Numbered from the stretch's first letter, positions 13,620 through 28,900 are shown. The stretch is 64,000 nucleotides of DNA from the human T2T-CHM13v2.0 reference genome, Homo sapiens (GCF_009914755.1 NC_060932.1); one strand, 5' to 3'. Numbers and translations are program-made. The notes: a model not told the origin generated them from the sequence alone.

Positions 13620-14290
13620 GTCACCTGCCTAGCAATATGCTAAATGTTTTTTGCACATTATCTCATTTAATCTCTGTAACAACTGTAAGAGAGAGTATCA
13701 CTCACCTCACTTCACAGATGAGGACACTGAGGTTTAGGGAGATTAAATAATTTATCCAAGATCTGGCAGACAGTAAGTGGTGCAGTCAGATTTGAATACA
13801 GGCACACCAGACTCCAAGTCTCTGCTTCGATCATTACGCACCACCATATCTCATTTAAAGAAAGAGAGCTGGGAATGAACACACATTTGTGTAATAGTGT
13901 ACAGTTTTACAAAGCACTTTCATACCCAGTGTCTTACTTAATCCTCCACAATCATTCTATGCACTAGTTATCATTATACCGCATGTTACAGATTAAAAAA
14001 TATAGGCTTGGGGAGAGAAAGTCATTGAGCCAGAATTCAGGCCTCCAGTGAAAAGATGAAATTCGGAAATGCTAAAACATGCAATTAAGTTTCATAATGG
14101 TAAGGAATGAACATAGACATCAAGGTCCAATATCTGGATTTGAGTTCCTGTTCTGTCACTTACTAGTTAGGTGACCCTGGGCAAGTCATTTAATCTGCTG
14201 TAAAATGGGCAGAATAATACCTTATAAGGTATGGACCAAATGAGGTACTGCGTGTACAAGTGTTGCAGAAATTATCCAGTGTAATACAAA
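13620..14290. mobile_element. Cluster of three MIRs (-, -, +)
   Basis: ACAGATGAGGACACTGAGG (~13715), AAAGCACTTTCATA...TTAATCCTC (~13910), ACTTACTAGTTAGGTGACCCTGGGCAAGTCATTTAATCT (~14160). Confidence 0.7.
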
Positions 14291-14999
14291 TACTAATAGC
14301 AATAGCAACAACAATGGTTATGATACATATATATATATATGTTAGTGCCATAATTTCATGTTCACTTCAGCCTCTTCAGGATGGAAACACAAGAACACAT
14401 TCAAGGCAGAGCTTCATAGCTGCTCATATTGATTCAGATTCCTGTGTTGAGATTTGAAATTCAGGTCTTCAAATGTGAAGCAAAATATTTTCCTTCAATG
14501 TTTGCAAAATGAGCTTCCTTGTTTTTTCATCAACCAAAACCAGTACCCCAAATGATCATCACCATGCATCTCTGAAACGTAAATTTTATATTAATTATAA
14601 TTATATAATAATATATTACATTTATGTCTTTAACTGGATAAATGTAAATTTTACATAGATAAATCTTTGAATAGTAATAATGATGACCTTTTCGTTAGCT
14701 AAGGTTCATTTCTCACTTGGATCTTTCACTAAATTCCACCAAAAAGATGTCATATCTGGGATGCCATGCTACCCTGATGGAATTACAACCTGGAATTGTT
14801 CCTCTCATTCTCATGGTGTTAGGGCAAAGATGTTCCAATCAAATATGTGCTGAGTAAGAGATATGGCCCAATCTCAGTTATGCCATCACCAACACTGCCC
14901 TCAAAGCAGCCAACTCTACGATATCCAGTATAAGTGGTTCCAACATGAAACCCAGTTTAGACACCTCTGCTTTGGAAAGTTCCCGTGGCACACAGTCTG

Positions 15000-15887
<888 letters not shown>

Positions 15888-16479
15888 TGGGAAAAGTGAT
15901 TATTATACACTAATAATGGAATGAGAAAAGCTCTGATTTGAGTGAATTGCCACCATGGACTCAGACCTTCCTCCTCTAATGAAATGAGACATTTTCCTTT
16001 CAGAAAATATCCCAAAGGCTCAGGTTTGATCCCAGAGTTCAAGGGAGGCCTGGTCACCTGTCTTTTTTTGTGTCCCCATGGCTTATTAAAAAGGGAGGAA
16101 AAACAGATTTATAAAAATGGTGATTTAAGCTAAGCATTTACGTTTAGCAGATTTATGACACAAGTAAAAATTCAATGCACTACAATTAGAATATTCACAA
16201 GCAAATTGTAGGATCATAAAGAATATTAATTCACAGTGCACCCTAGGTGCTGTGGTCTAGGGACCCAAGTTTAAGTGGCTTGATTGTCAGCTCGTTCATC
16301 AATCTCACCAGTATAACTCTGAGTTGACATAAAAACTTAGTGGAGAAAGTGACAAAAGTGTGGTCCTTCGTGAATATGAGGCCTTTCTCCATCTGCCTCC
16401 CACCCTGCCCATGGTGGGCTTGGCTGGCCACTGTGGTTTTTTGTGATTGAGCATATTCCTATAAAAGCACTCCCCATGA

Positions 16480-16680
16480 ACCAGTGCTTTACACACACTA
16501 ACTCATTTAATCATCATAACAACACTCTGAAGATGGTCTTACCATCATCCTTATTTTACAGATGAAGGATGAGGCACAGAGAGGTTAAGTGAGTTATGCA
16601 AGATGACACAGCAAACAAGTGGTAGAGGCAGCATTAAAATGCAGGGCCATAACCACAGAACTCTCGTTCTAAACCAGTAC
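16480..16680 (-). mobile_element. MIR
   Basis: TTTTACAGATGAAG...GAGGCACAGAGAGGTTAAGTGA. Confidence 0.75.
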
Positions 16681-17795
16681 ATTATGCAGTCTCTGTGCTG
16701 ATACAATCATAAAACTATGGGGATAAAGAGAAGCAGATCTGGAGAACAGAACCAGGTTAGGCTCTCTCAAGGCCAGGGAGTGTGTGAGGTTTGTTGGTGC
16801 CACAGGATAATCACTGTGCAATATGAGTGTGGTCTCTTTTGCTCTTCTTACCCTGGAGCATGTGTGCATGCGCGGTATGTGTGTGTGTTTTCCATATGTA
16901 ATTGTGCAGCAGCATCTTGTCAGTTTCATGAGTTTAATTCTGTGTGCTTTAAAAACTCCTTCAACAAAACTTCCCAAAGCCAATGCTTTGCTTTCTAACA
17001 CTTATTTCTAACCAGGGTTCCACAGTGGATTAGAAATAAATCCTTAACATAATTACATTAGCCTGAAATAAGTCCATTTGTCTTTTTCTTTTAAAACAAT
17101 TTTGCTATAATCACTTCAATTGTTTCTAAATTAAGCCTCATAAATGGCTCTGCAGAATGGATAGTCTCCATGATCAGAAGTGCTTCTCCAAAGAAGCAAA
17201 AACTAATCCTGGAAGTGACCTCTCACAGAATTCCCATTCTACTTTTTGAATAGGATTTAAAAAAGGGCTGACTGCGGCAAGAGTTCTGGGGGCCTCTGGA
17301 ACCCAGTCTGACAAGAAGACTATTACAGAATAATTAATCACAGACCAAGATGTACAGTAGATCTGGGTGAGAGCCCTGCTTTTCCACTAAGTATATGACA
17401 GGCTAGCTATATATACTCTTGGAGCCTCAGTAATCTCACCTGCAAAATAGGGATAATAATGAGTACATGATATATAAGGTTGTATAAAGAAACATTCATA
17501 AAACCCTTAGCTTGGTGTCTATGCATATACAGAGGAAGGAGGAAACTACTGCCCTTCCCCCTACCCTCTATTCAGGTCACTTTTCAAGAGGCACTGATAT
17601 CACTGGGTGAGCCCTCCAGTCCACTATTTGCCAGAGGTGAGAACTACAGGTTGTTAAAGTCAAATATATTCCCTCTATCTCTCTCTTTCATCTGGCTCTC
17701 AAGATATGCAGAAATCCAGCACCCTCTTCCTCATCCCTTTTACTTCCACATAGTACAGGGCTGCTGTCTCTTCTGGCATAGCAGCTGGATGGTGG

Positions 17796-18173
17796 TGTAC
17801 TTGTCTGTTCTCATGCTGCTAATAAAGACATACTTGAGACTGGGTCATCTATAAAGGAAAGAGGTTTAATTGACTCACAGTTCAGCATGGCTGGGGAGGC
17901 CTCAGGAAACTTACAATCATGGTAGAAGGGGAAGCAAACATGCCCTTCTTCACATGATGGCAGGAAGGAGAAGTGCTGAGCAAAAGGGGTAAAAGCCCCT
18001 TGCAAAACCATCAGATCTCATGAGAACTCACTCACTGTAACGAGAACAGAATGAAGAGTAACTGCCCTCATGATTAAATCACCTCCCACCGGGTCCCCCC
18101 CCATGACACGTAGGGATTATGGGAACTACAATTCAAGAAGAGATTTGGGTGGGGACACAGCCAAACCATATCA
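17796..18173 (-). mobile_element. THE1C/D solo LTR (MaLR)
   Basis: ...GGGGACACAGCCAAACCATATCA terminus; TSD GGTGG at 17791-17795 and 18174-18178. Confidence 0.92.
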
Positions 18174-18934
18174 GGTGGTAACACTGGAATTTAACCAAAA
18201 GGGTGGAAGAGGCCGCATCTGGGCCTTGAGTCCAAACCATCCTCTTGACTTGATCACCGGAGAGGCCCACCCTGGTTGTCCAACTGGTGATAAAAGGTAC
18301 TTTGATTTCCCAAGGTCTGTATATTTGTAGCCCCCAGAGAAACCCCCAGGAGAGAAGGGCGACTGGCAGAGCAGGATTTGGATATTTCCAGGTCTCTGGC
18401 TACAACATGACTCAACCACTACATGGAATAAAATGGCAGCAGGCACGCCAAAAAGAAGTGTCACTCACCTAAACAAAGACTCCACTCATTCCTCCAAGTT
18501 GCTTCAGTTCTAGAGACAAGGACACTTTCATTCTCCTTTTAAAAATTCCCTTTTCTCCCTTTAAAGCAAACAGACAACACTTGGCCTGGAGCTTTCTGTC
18601 AGACTCTCTGAAGTCCCTCCTGCCTAGGAATGTCCGGGGGAAGTGAGAAGCCCCTGACCTCATCTTCTGCCAGGTGATGAGCAGGCCTGCCTTCTCTGGG
18701 AGATGTTTGCACTTGGCCCTGGGAAATCAGAACTCTAAAGAGGTCTCCACCTCTGATGACATGCCTTCTGCAGAGTGGCTCTCGTTTTCAGCAAGGAAGT
18801 CACACTTGCTTTTAGGGTATATCGCCTAAAAGGTTTTAGGTATGATAACAGCTGGATTTCTCTTTTCCATCAGAAATACATCCAAGTGCAGAAATGACCA
18901 GTGTCATCACCTTTTATATCACTGTTACAAACCA

Positions 18935-19400
18935 CACATAGCTCAAAGGTAGAAACAACCCAAAAGTTCATCAACAGATGAATGGATAAACAAATGCGGC
19001 AGATACATACAATGGAATACTATCCAGCCTTAAAAAATGAAGCTCTGACACATGCTACAACATGGGTGAACCTCGAAGATATTATGCTACATGAAAGAAG
19101 CGAGACATAGGAGGACAAATATTGCATCATTCTACTTATATGAGGTACCTAGAATGGGCAAATTCTTAGAAATGGAAAGTAGAACACAGGTTACCAGGGA
19201 CTGGGATGTCGGGGCGTGGGGAAGGAGATGACTGGAGAGTTAGTGTTTCACAGGTACATAGTTTCTCTATGGAATGAAAAAAGTTCTGGAAATGGGTAAT
19301 GGTGACAGTTATACAACATTTGAATATACTTAATGCCACTGAATTGTATGCCTAAAATTAGTTAAAATGGTAAATTTTTTGTTATGTTTACTTCACCATG
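18935..19400 (+). mobile_element. L1MB 3' end
   Basis: CAACAGATGAATGGATAAACAAA...CATGCTACAACATGG...AATGCCACTGAATTGTA...GTTAAAATGGTAAATTTT. Confidence 0.88.
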
Positions 19401-20629
19401 GAAGGAAGGAAGGAAAGGAGGGAGGGAAATGAATCGCCCAGCTGTCCAGGGATAACATCTCCATGAAAGGGGAGGGCCCAGAATTCTACCCTGGCTTCCC
19501 AGCAGCCACATGTCACTGGGGCAGAACTTTCCTCAGTGACTGAGAAAAGATCAAAGACAAAGGAAACAATGATCTTCACAAGACCTGGCAAAGAGCACTT
19601 ACTAAGTAGTCCTACTGAAAAATAATGGACTCCACAGTGATTTTTGCTTAATCGGGAGACAGCCTGCCCCAAAGGTGGGGGTCAGCCATGACTCAGCTTG
19701 CAAAGGCTGCCAGGCCCTTTGACCAGATGATAACCACATAATCCTGCTGTATTCTTCAGCACATGGTTTATGACCAGGAATATTATTTATTTCCAAGTTA
19801 GAAGTATAAATTTATCAGGCATTTCCAGAAAAAGATTATTTCCCCCAAACAATGGCATGTTTTGGCTACTGTAAATATAAAACTTAATTCCATTACTTCT
19901 GCTCATTAAATATATATTTTAAAGTTTCCGATTTTATTATGCCATTAGAAACAGGTTTTCTCTTAAATATTTTGTATAATATGGTCATTTTCTTGGTCTT
20001 CTAAATGATCCTTGCTAAGAATACAATAAACAGTAAAATATATATAATTCATCCATAAAAAATGCAACTTCCAGCTATAATTCAGTGAAGTTGAATAGAA
20101 AGCATAACTTACATCTGCTTCTTTATTCCTAATAACTGTAAAAATAACTAAAATATTCTAGAGGTTATAGTCATGGAGACAGCACCACTACCTTAAAAAA
20201 GTAAAATATAATTTGTTGAGGAACATCTGAGTGGAAGAATTAAAAACTAACAGAGAAAAACAAACCTAACCAAAATAATTAAATTCTAGTTTCTCTCTTT
20301 TTTCAACTTGGATTAGTCCATAACAACTTAGTGGCCTGAAGTAACCACAACAAAGAGTGATTTCCAAACCTGGCAAATTTTAAAAGCTTAGATGAGTTGG
20401 AACACACAAAAGATAACCTATGTATCAGAAATCCAGGAGTGGTGGTCAAATAACATGAAATTATCTTGTGCTCTTTCATCCCCAAATTGAGTTTTCTTAA
20501 GCTTTATTTTCACCAAGTAAAGTGTTTGGACTAGGTTCCAATGCTAACGGACCATAAGGTAGAAAAAGAAAGCTGGTGTGATAAATAATGGATAAATAAG
20601 GTACAGCCCTGCTCTGCAAGAGCTAGCAA

Positions 20630-20925
20630 TCTAGTGCTCAGCAATATAATGTGAGCTACAAATGTCAAATGATGTATGCAATTTGAAATATTTTAGTCAC
20701 CACATTGAAAATTAAGAAGAAAACTTTATTTAACCAAAATGGAATTTCAACATGTAACAATTTTAAAAGTCACCAATGAAATATTTTACGATCCTCTTTT
20801 TTTGTTCTAAATCTCTGAAATTCAACATGTATTTTATTCTTACAAGCCATCCCAATTTGAATTTCAATGCTCAATTTCACGTGCTCAGTAGCCACATGTG
20901 GCCAATGGTACCATGTTGAACAGGA
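20630..20925. mobile_element. MER33/MER3-type hAT-Charlie element
   Basis: ATATAATGTGAGCTACA...GTGCTCAGTAGCCACATGTGGCCAATGG. Confidence 0.75.
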
Positions 20926-21269
20926 AAGATAGCGGGAGGCACAGAGAATATACAAATAATTCAAATGCATGACTGTCTCTTATTAGGGCTATAAAAGAGA
21001 CATAAATAAAACATCCAGGGCACCTTCAAAGAGGTGGTTGCATCCGAATTGAGTCTTGAGAATCTTAAAGTTAAGAAATGGTATAATCGGGCTTGAATTG
21101 TATAAAGGGCTGACTGGTGGATGAAGGGAAGATCAGATGGGTGGGATAAGAAGAGAGAGAAGGAATCAAGAGCGTAGATGGGAGATATTGAGAACCTGGA
21201 CAAAGGCCAATGTGAATTTAAGAGGTATTTTTAAGGTAGAATTAGGAACTGGACCTGTAGAGACAATAT

Positions 21270-21835
21270 ATGACACTGCTGGTGGTTACCCACAACCATT
21301 TCTCTTCACTTTCCTGTTAACAAAAACTTGATTTCGTTCAGGAATTTTACACCCTCTACAATGTCATGTTTTTAGGGAAGATGAAAAGATCCCCAGTCCC
21401 CAGAGAATAGATATTGATTAGCGTAAGGCAGTTACAATAACTTTATCTTACCATGGACTGGCTTGGGAAGGGACTTGGGATCCAATTTTGGCCAATAGGA
21501 CAAGTCAGTCTGCAAGGGTAGGGGCGGGGTTCCAAGAAGGGCTTCTTAGATCTTAAGACACAAGGAAGGGATAGTCTCTTTCTGCGTCTAGTGCGTGGTG
21601 TGGTGAGGATGAAATGCCTGGAACTGATGCAGCCAATGTATCACTCTGAGGTGGGTGAGTCAACCAAGAACTGAGATTAGCAGAGTGGAATTATGGACTC
21701 CTGATGGCATTATTAAACCACAGAATTAGCCAATCCTGGAAGCACTCTACCTCTGGACTTCTTGTTCTGTGAGATAACATATGATTTAAGATATTTTGGG
21801 TTATCTCTTATTTACAGTAGACAGCATCCTAATAA
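21270..21835 (+). mobile_element. Old MaLR LTR (MLT1J/K-like)
   Basis: CCAATTTTGGCCAATAGGACA...CTACCTCTGGACTTCTTGTTCTGTGAGATAA...GCATCCTAA. Confidence 0.6.
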
Positions 21836-22206
21836 ATAGGAAAAGAGAAGGATCCAGACAATGCCCCAACCACTGGTAAGAACCATGAGGTCTTTCCTTT
21901 GCACAGCATGTCAGAGCCTGTGAAGTGCTTTCACCTTATGTCCTCATTGGACCCTCCTAACAGCCCTGGGGGGTGTGTCGACAGGTACCACTCTCTGCTT
22001 TCACCTGCAAGGTAGAGCCCTCTCCCTAGCTTTCCTTTGCATTTCCAGCAACCAGTACAGTATCTGGAATAATAATTTTAGCTATCATTTAGCTATCATT
22101 TCTTGGGCTTTTTCTGTATGTTGGAAACTGTTGGATGTTTCCTATACAAAATCTGACTTTATTCTCTCATTTACAATATCTGACAACAGCTCTACAAGTT
22201 GGGTAT

Positions 22207-22554
22207 TGTCTTAGTCTATTGGTGCTGCTATAACAAGATATCATAAACTGGGGAACTTACAAACAGCAGAAATTTATTCCTCACAGTTCTGGAGACTGGG
22301 AAGTCCAAGATGAAGGTGGCAGCAGATTTGATATCTGATATGAGGGCTGGTTTCCTGCTTCATAGAGGGCAACTTCTTGCTGTGTCCTCATGTGGTGGAA
22401 GGGGCAGTGGTCTCTCTGGGGCCTCTTTTATAAGGGCACTAATCCCATTCATGACATAATCACTTCTCAAAGGTCTCACCTCCCAATACCATCACCTTAG
22501 GGGTTAGGATTTCAACATATGAGTTTGGGGGATGCAAACATTCAGACCATAGCA
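22207..22554 (-). mobile_element. MLT1A solo LTR inserted in a MIR
   Basis: TGTCTTAGTC...GCTGCTATAACA...AAACATTCAGACCATAGCA; degenerate TSD GGTAT/GGTGT; MIR on both sides (~22080-22680). Confidence 0.88.
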
Positions 22555-22719
22555 GGTGTTATCACCATCTAACAGATGAGGGAATTGAAGCTCAGGAGGG
22601 TTAAGTTCAAGGTCTCCAGGTAGTGACAGAGGTACAACCTGAACCCGGGTGTCTCTCTGTAAAGGCTGTATTCTTTACCACCAAGATACACTCGGCACAG
22701 GGCCAGTCCATATGTTTAT

Positions 22720-22770
22720 TGAATGAATGAATGAATGAATAAATGAATGAATGGATGGATGAATCAATCA
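22720..22770. repeat. (GAAT)n simple repeat (L2 tail-like)
   Basis: TGAATGAATGAATGAATGAATAAATGAATGAATGGATGGATGAAT. Confidence 0.85.
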
Positions 22771-25769
22771 GTCAAAAAATAAATGGATGTTCCAAGAGAT
22801 TAAGTACCTTACACAAGGTCACTCTGCTAAAGAGCGATCCAGACAGGTCTTCTAACTCCAAGGCCAGTGCCCTTCCTAGCACATCCTATGACTACACTAT
22901 CACTTATTTGGTACTTGGTTAGACACCACCTTGGATGGTGACTGATAATTTCTTTGTGTGTGAGTCTCATCTCTGCAACTAGACTGTCAATTCTTTGAGG
23001 TGGCACCATCTTATTTTGTTTGTAGCTAACATAGCAATCAGAATAATGCACTGTTCACAGTTAAAGTCTTGATTTTTAAAGAAACTACCTTCAAAATACA
23101 AATGACTCTAACTCCTGGTTTGCCCTCAACAGTCCCAGTTGATACCGCTGCCCCAACTTCAGTATTAGTAATGTTCCTTTTTACTCTCAGAAGTATTCCC
23201 GTTTGGACAATCAATTATATAGTCACCTTAATCATGGTAAACAAGAGTTCAATTTGGCCTGTTTCAGATATGCTCTGTCAACCACGCCCAGCACAGCTGC
23301 CTTTGTCTAAAGATGGATCCAACAGCCATCAGGGTTCATGATCAATGCTGGGACACAGATAATTTTCATGCTCATGACTCTTCCTTACCTCTTTCCTCCA
23401 CCATTCACCCTATCTTCTCCTGTCTCTCAAAATATCTTCTTTTTTCTATTACTGCTTTACCCTCCAGCAGCTTTTCCAGCCCGCATCTCACATCCTAAGG
23501 CTTGCAGGCAGAAACCAGGGAATAGGTTTTAAAAAGCCAGGGAAATACATTGTAACATTGCTCCTACAGCCTCACTGCTGTTCTTGGCTGAAATCCTTTC
23601 CAACATAAGATAACACTCCTTTGTAAACAGCAAAATAGGAGAAAACAAACCTTTTGTGACTAACCATTTACTTTTGGCTTCCATGTCCTGTGTGAATATG
23701 TATGCATTGGGAATGTGGGGACACACAGTAAATCAGATGACTCTTTTACCAGTGAAAACATATAGTGGTGACAAGAGATTCTCAACAGGTTAAATGCTAC
23801 TATGAGCTCACTTTGAACCACTTCAAGTTCTGGAATCATGACTGATGTGGGGAGAATAAGAAGCAGAACAATTCCTAAACACACACTGTGTGCTGAGCTG
23901 TCATCAGACGGGACCTGCCAGAGATTAAGTTTTTGTCCATCTCCCTTCCCCCACCTTTTTTTTTTTAAATCAAGACAAATGTCAGAAAATCAGATCAGAA
24001 GTGGCCTCATTGATGAGTATAAATGTACCACTAGTGGCTCCATTGTCTATGGAGATAAGTGTTTCAAGGTCCTTTATTTTGAGGATTTAACAGAAAAGCT
24101 GGTTCACTGTTTTGGTGAAGGACCTTGGGAGAAAGCTTCCATGAGGTGACAGATCATTAAGAGGACTTCACTCAGCACAACTGGGGCTGTCCTGAGACCC
24201 AAGATGTCACTGTATAGGTAAACTCTCCTGGCTGGCACATTCTCTTGGCCTGAATGGTCAGCACGACCAGCTAGGATTCCCTGCAACAATGGATAGGCAA
24301 TGAGTATCAGACTGTACCTGGCCCGTGTTCAACAGCGCCACTGTGTGGCAGTGAAAAGCAAGTGCAGGGTAGACCAATGAGACCTCAGCAGTCTATGCTA
24401 TGCATTTGGAAGTCAAGGGCCATCTTTGCACGGAATAAGCCCTGGAGATTTCAGGACAATTAAGAGGAGGAAAAAGAACAAGACAGAGATACTGGTTTGC
24501 CTGCTAATGAGGTATATTGGATTTCCGAAGAATTAACTAAAATAAGAGGGATGCAACTTTACCTGCACTGCCGTTTGTGAGTGGTTCTCACCAGTTACAA
24601 ATGCACCTGACAAGAGAATCTGACTGGATGAGATTTTTCTGGTAAGAATATGGCTTGATATACATTGTATGTCTTGTTTTGCAATTATTAAATTTATCCT
24701 ATTAGAATCTCTACTATGCAGTACATAAGGAATTGACTGACTTTTTCACCTGGCAATGAATAATGCCACAGTACCATGACCACCTTTCCAACATGGGTGT
24801 GGCTGAGAACTTCTGGAAGGATGAACACAATCAAAGACAATACTGGCTCCCTTCTTAGTCTCTTATGTCTCTGTCTTTTCTTTAAGATTTATTATTCTTT
24901 AGGAACAACATTTTTCCAATAAGCAAAAACTATTTCATGCCATAATCCTTTTTTCTTCCTCTTGCTTCCTCCTGAGTTCCATGTCAATATTTACACATCG
25001 CTGCTCACTCCTACTGTTTACCCACGATGGCCTTCAGATCCTGTCCTCAACCTCTCATCAAATAACCTCACATTTTCCATTATTCACTAGAACCTCTCAT
25101 AACATTTCCATTTCAACAGAAAACAACTTTCTAAGGTCAAGTACTAGTCTCTCTTTTAAAAAGAAAAGTAACTGAACATTCAAGGTGCTATGGCAAGCCA
25201 TGAGAATACTAGGTAAAGCTATGTGTTACTTTCCAACTGTTCGCTCCATTGTCCTTATCTCTCCGGAACTTAAAACAGAGCATGTCCTGACCTCTGAGGG
25301 CTGCAGAGACAACTACTCATAGAGGGCCAGTCATCTCTAGTTTCTGTGACTTTCCCCAATGAATAAGAAGGAGGTAGAGAAGAGCAAGAAGAAAAATGGC
25401 CGTCATTCTTTTTATTCCCAGGTCTAATGAAGTATTTTGAATTCCAATGTTCCAAAAATATTTCATTTTTTTCATGAAATTGTGAAATAATTTTTCACTT
25501 GGCCTTCTTCATCACCCCAGTTCTAGATGGTAGGGTTTTTTTTTAATAACAATTTTACCTAAAAATTTATTATAGTGTTTCCCCTTTCTCTATCCCTGTA
25601 TTAATTAACCTTGCCTCCACTCTACCTTCATTTATACCTAGCAAAGTGCCTGGGACACAGTAGGCCTTCAACAAATATAGTGAAGTAAATGTGAACATAA
25701 TTTCTTGTTTGCACTACTGTACTCATTTCCTAACCCAACCATCAGAGAGGCTATTTTAACAATTTTTTT

Positions 25770-25958
25770 AGAGCCTCCCACCTCCCAAGTAGCTAGGACT
25801 ACAGTTGTGTGCTATCACACCCAGATAACTTTTTATTTTTTGTAGAAATGGGGTCTGGCCATGTTGCCCAGCTGGTCTCAAACTCCTGGCCTCAAACATT
25901 CCTCCTGCATCAGCCTCCCAAAGCACTGGAATTACAAGTGTGAACTACCATACTGCCT
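25770..25958 (-). mobile_element. AluJ fragment
   Basis: CTCCCAAGTAGCTAGGACTACAG...CTCAAACTCCTGGCCTCAA...GCCTCCCAAAGCACTGGAATTACA. Confidence 0.85.
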
Positions 25959-28900
25959 GATTTTTAAACTCACATCTCTTTATGCCACTTTCCTGCTCAC
26001 CAATACCAATAAATCCCCACTGTCTTCAATGTCATGTCTGATCCTTCAGTCTAATACTACAAATGGCTTTGTAATCTGGCCCCAGCCTGCCTTGCCTAAA
26101 GCACTTGACCCTCTCTCCACCCGCTCCTGCTCCAACTCCACAGAAAGGCAGGCCCTTCTTAGCAGGCCCCAGCTCTCCCCCTCCATAGGCTGTCTCCTGC
26201 TGACATCCCAGTCTCCACTGTTCCTACTCATCCTGCCTGGATTCCCACCAAATAAAGCCTGAAACAAGTGCTTACTTTCCAATGACAAATCACCATTGAT
26301 CCTGGGTGACAAATACTGTCTTGAGCACTTTATATAACACTGCAGTATTTCCTTGAATCCCAATACCAATAAAAGCTATGTATTAATTCATTCAGTAATC
26401 TGTTCCTCCCATGAATTATGGCAGATCCAGGATTTAACCCTATATGTCTGTCATCAAAGACCAGGTGCTCTTACTCACCACATCCACCACATGTCTTCTG
26501 TCCCCATGTGTCCTGACTCTAGGCATGCACCTCTCATACCTCTCGGACCTGTCTATGGTATTCATTACATTGCAAGAGAGTTCTGTCTACAGATTAGAGT
26601 TCCCTCACAGGATTATGAACACCTCAATAGCAGGCCTGGTGTTTATATATCTGTTCATCTCTAGTGTCTAGCATAGTGCTGGGACACAGGATGTGCAAAA
26701 CACTTTTTTTTGTAGTTTAATTTGAATCTGTGCATCCAATAATAAGAAAGATCCCAACCTACTTAAATTGGAGAGTTGCATCACATGTAGATCTTAGAGC
26801 TCTTTTACTACAAAGTACAAATCCAGTGGCCCAATTGGATAATAAGGATGCTGAATCTCCACTTGCCATCCCCAACTTACTTCATACATCAATATTTTTA
26901 ACTCATTTATAGGAACCTGGCATTGTGATATTCGTGACAACCATCTATAATTCAACCAGCCAAGCACACCAGCAGAAACCGCCCACATTTTCAATAACAG
27001 CATTGCTTAATCCGAAATGCTTTTTGGAAGACAAAGAAGCATTCATAAAATGGAACAGTAGTGAATGTTGATAATGAGAAAGTTTTATAACAAAGTGTCT
27101 TGCTGATTTATATAGTACTTCCAAGCCAATGGCTAGAAGAAATTTTGATAAAGATTCACTCTCCTAAGCCTAGGCGACATGCCAGAAAGTTGTCAGTGTC
27201 TTCGAAGACAAAGAAACTGAGAGAGGGAGAGGGGGAAAAGGAGGGAAGGAAGAAGAGAGTCAGGGAAGAGGAGGAGGAGGAAAGAGAGAGACAGGGATTG
27301 CTTTTAATATCTTGATACACCAATGGGGAAAATTGTATGCAGTAAAATGAGGAAAACATCCCAGATTATTTTCTGGAAGGACTTGTCATCTGAATTCAAA
27401 GTGGGTCTTGAAGGTATCCCAGGGACCTGCCTGCTGTCAGGGCTAGGAGAGCAATGTTCTCTTTCCTGCAATTATTTCAATTCTGCCACACAATAAGGAG
27501 TCCTGGGGGCCAAGGAACAGGGAACTGCATTACTAGACATACATCCCTCAAAGAAGACCAGACAAAATTACCAAAGTTTCAGGTGACCAGACTGAATTTC
27601 CAGGAGCTACAGTCACTTCCTTTGTGCAAAAAATATAAAAATGTACAGCTACTCCCAAAACTTGACGAGAGTAGTAACATCTGTCATTCGGGGCATCAGA
27701 TAAAAATGTATCATCAGTAAGGGCACATGGCAGGCTTAGGTAGAGGGAGAGACTGGGCTGATCCCTGATTAAACAATACCTAGCACTTACTCTCCCTTAG
27801 TAGTTCAATTAAGGGCAGTGGCGCTTGCATTTAGACACTGCGGTTCCCAAGGCCACACCAGACCCCAAGGGGTTGGTCAAGTCAAAGATGGTGGGCAATA
27901 AACAAGCTGACCCAAGGTTATGGCTCCAGTCCCATGAGCCTGGTTTTGACATGATTCTCCAAGGGCTACTGACTGATAATACACAGATTAGGTCTGGTTA
28001 GAGAACATCTCTTCCCATTTCCTCCAGCAGAACACCTCAGATATTGACAATTTGTCACGCCAAGAACACATAGACTGAATTTTCCACTCCTCCCACGCTG
28101 TTTGGCTGGCCTGGCTAGCAACGGGCTTTATTTTTACAATGCTTATCACTCTGCAGCTTTACCTCCAGGCCAGTGGGCTCTGAAGCAGCTGGAAACCAGA
28201 GCCAGCTGGGGGCCCTCCACTGAGCAGCCACCACTCAGAGCAAGCAAGAAGAAAAGGATTGCCACAGGCCATACTGCAAAATATTCTGGGAAGGACAGAT
28301 GACAACAGGAGGGGGAAGGGACCTCCATTCATCCTAAAGTAAATGCAAACTGACGTCTGGATTAGGGGTGGCTGAGGTTCCCAGAGAGCGTCTGGCTGTC
28401 TTAACTAAATGCAGCAAACCTCTTGCTAATTCAGATAGATGAAGAAAAGCCAGCGTGCATTCGTGAAATTCCAGAACCACAGCGCATAGGCTGTTTCTGT
28501 CAAGTCCATACAGCAACTCAGCTTTATGTTAAACATAAGTTTTCAAGTTGAGGTGTGGCTATAGCCTATGTTATTGAATCTATCTCACTTGCCATAAGCA
28601 GTAGTAATTTACATTCAAATAGTTAATGAAGTTAAGTCATGCAAAGGTTTGCTTTCATGAATATAATAACAGCACCCCTTATACTCTTGTTTATTATATT
28701 TATTTACCCAGTTTGGCCTTTCTTCAAAGGCATCATAGAGATAAAGCCAAAGCCAGGTCAGGTCAAATCATAAATTTCAAGTTAGTAGAGTGCAAATGGG
28801 TGAAGTTTTCCCTTTATAGTTAGAAGCCCTGTGTTCTATCCACTTCCTCCTGGGAGCTGTGAAAAGTTTGAACAGATGTTCACATTCGGGTGGGGGCGGG

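Noticed and set aside
24290-24650. mRNA-like unique sequence ending at a plus-strand CTG|GTAAGA donor (possible retrocopy or antisense exon)
   Set aside because: No ORF, poly-A tail, TSD or clear acceptor, so nothing beyond a chance donor motif.
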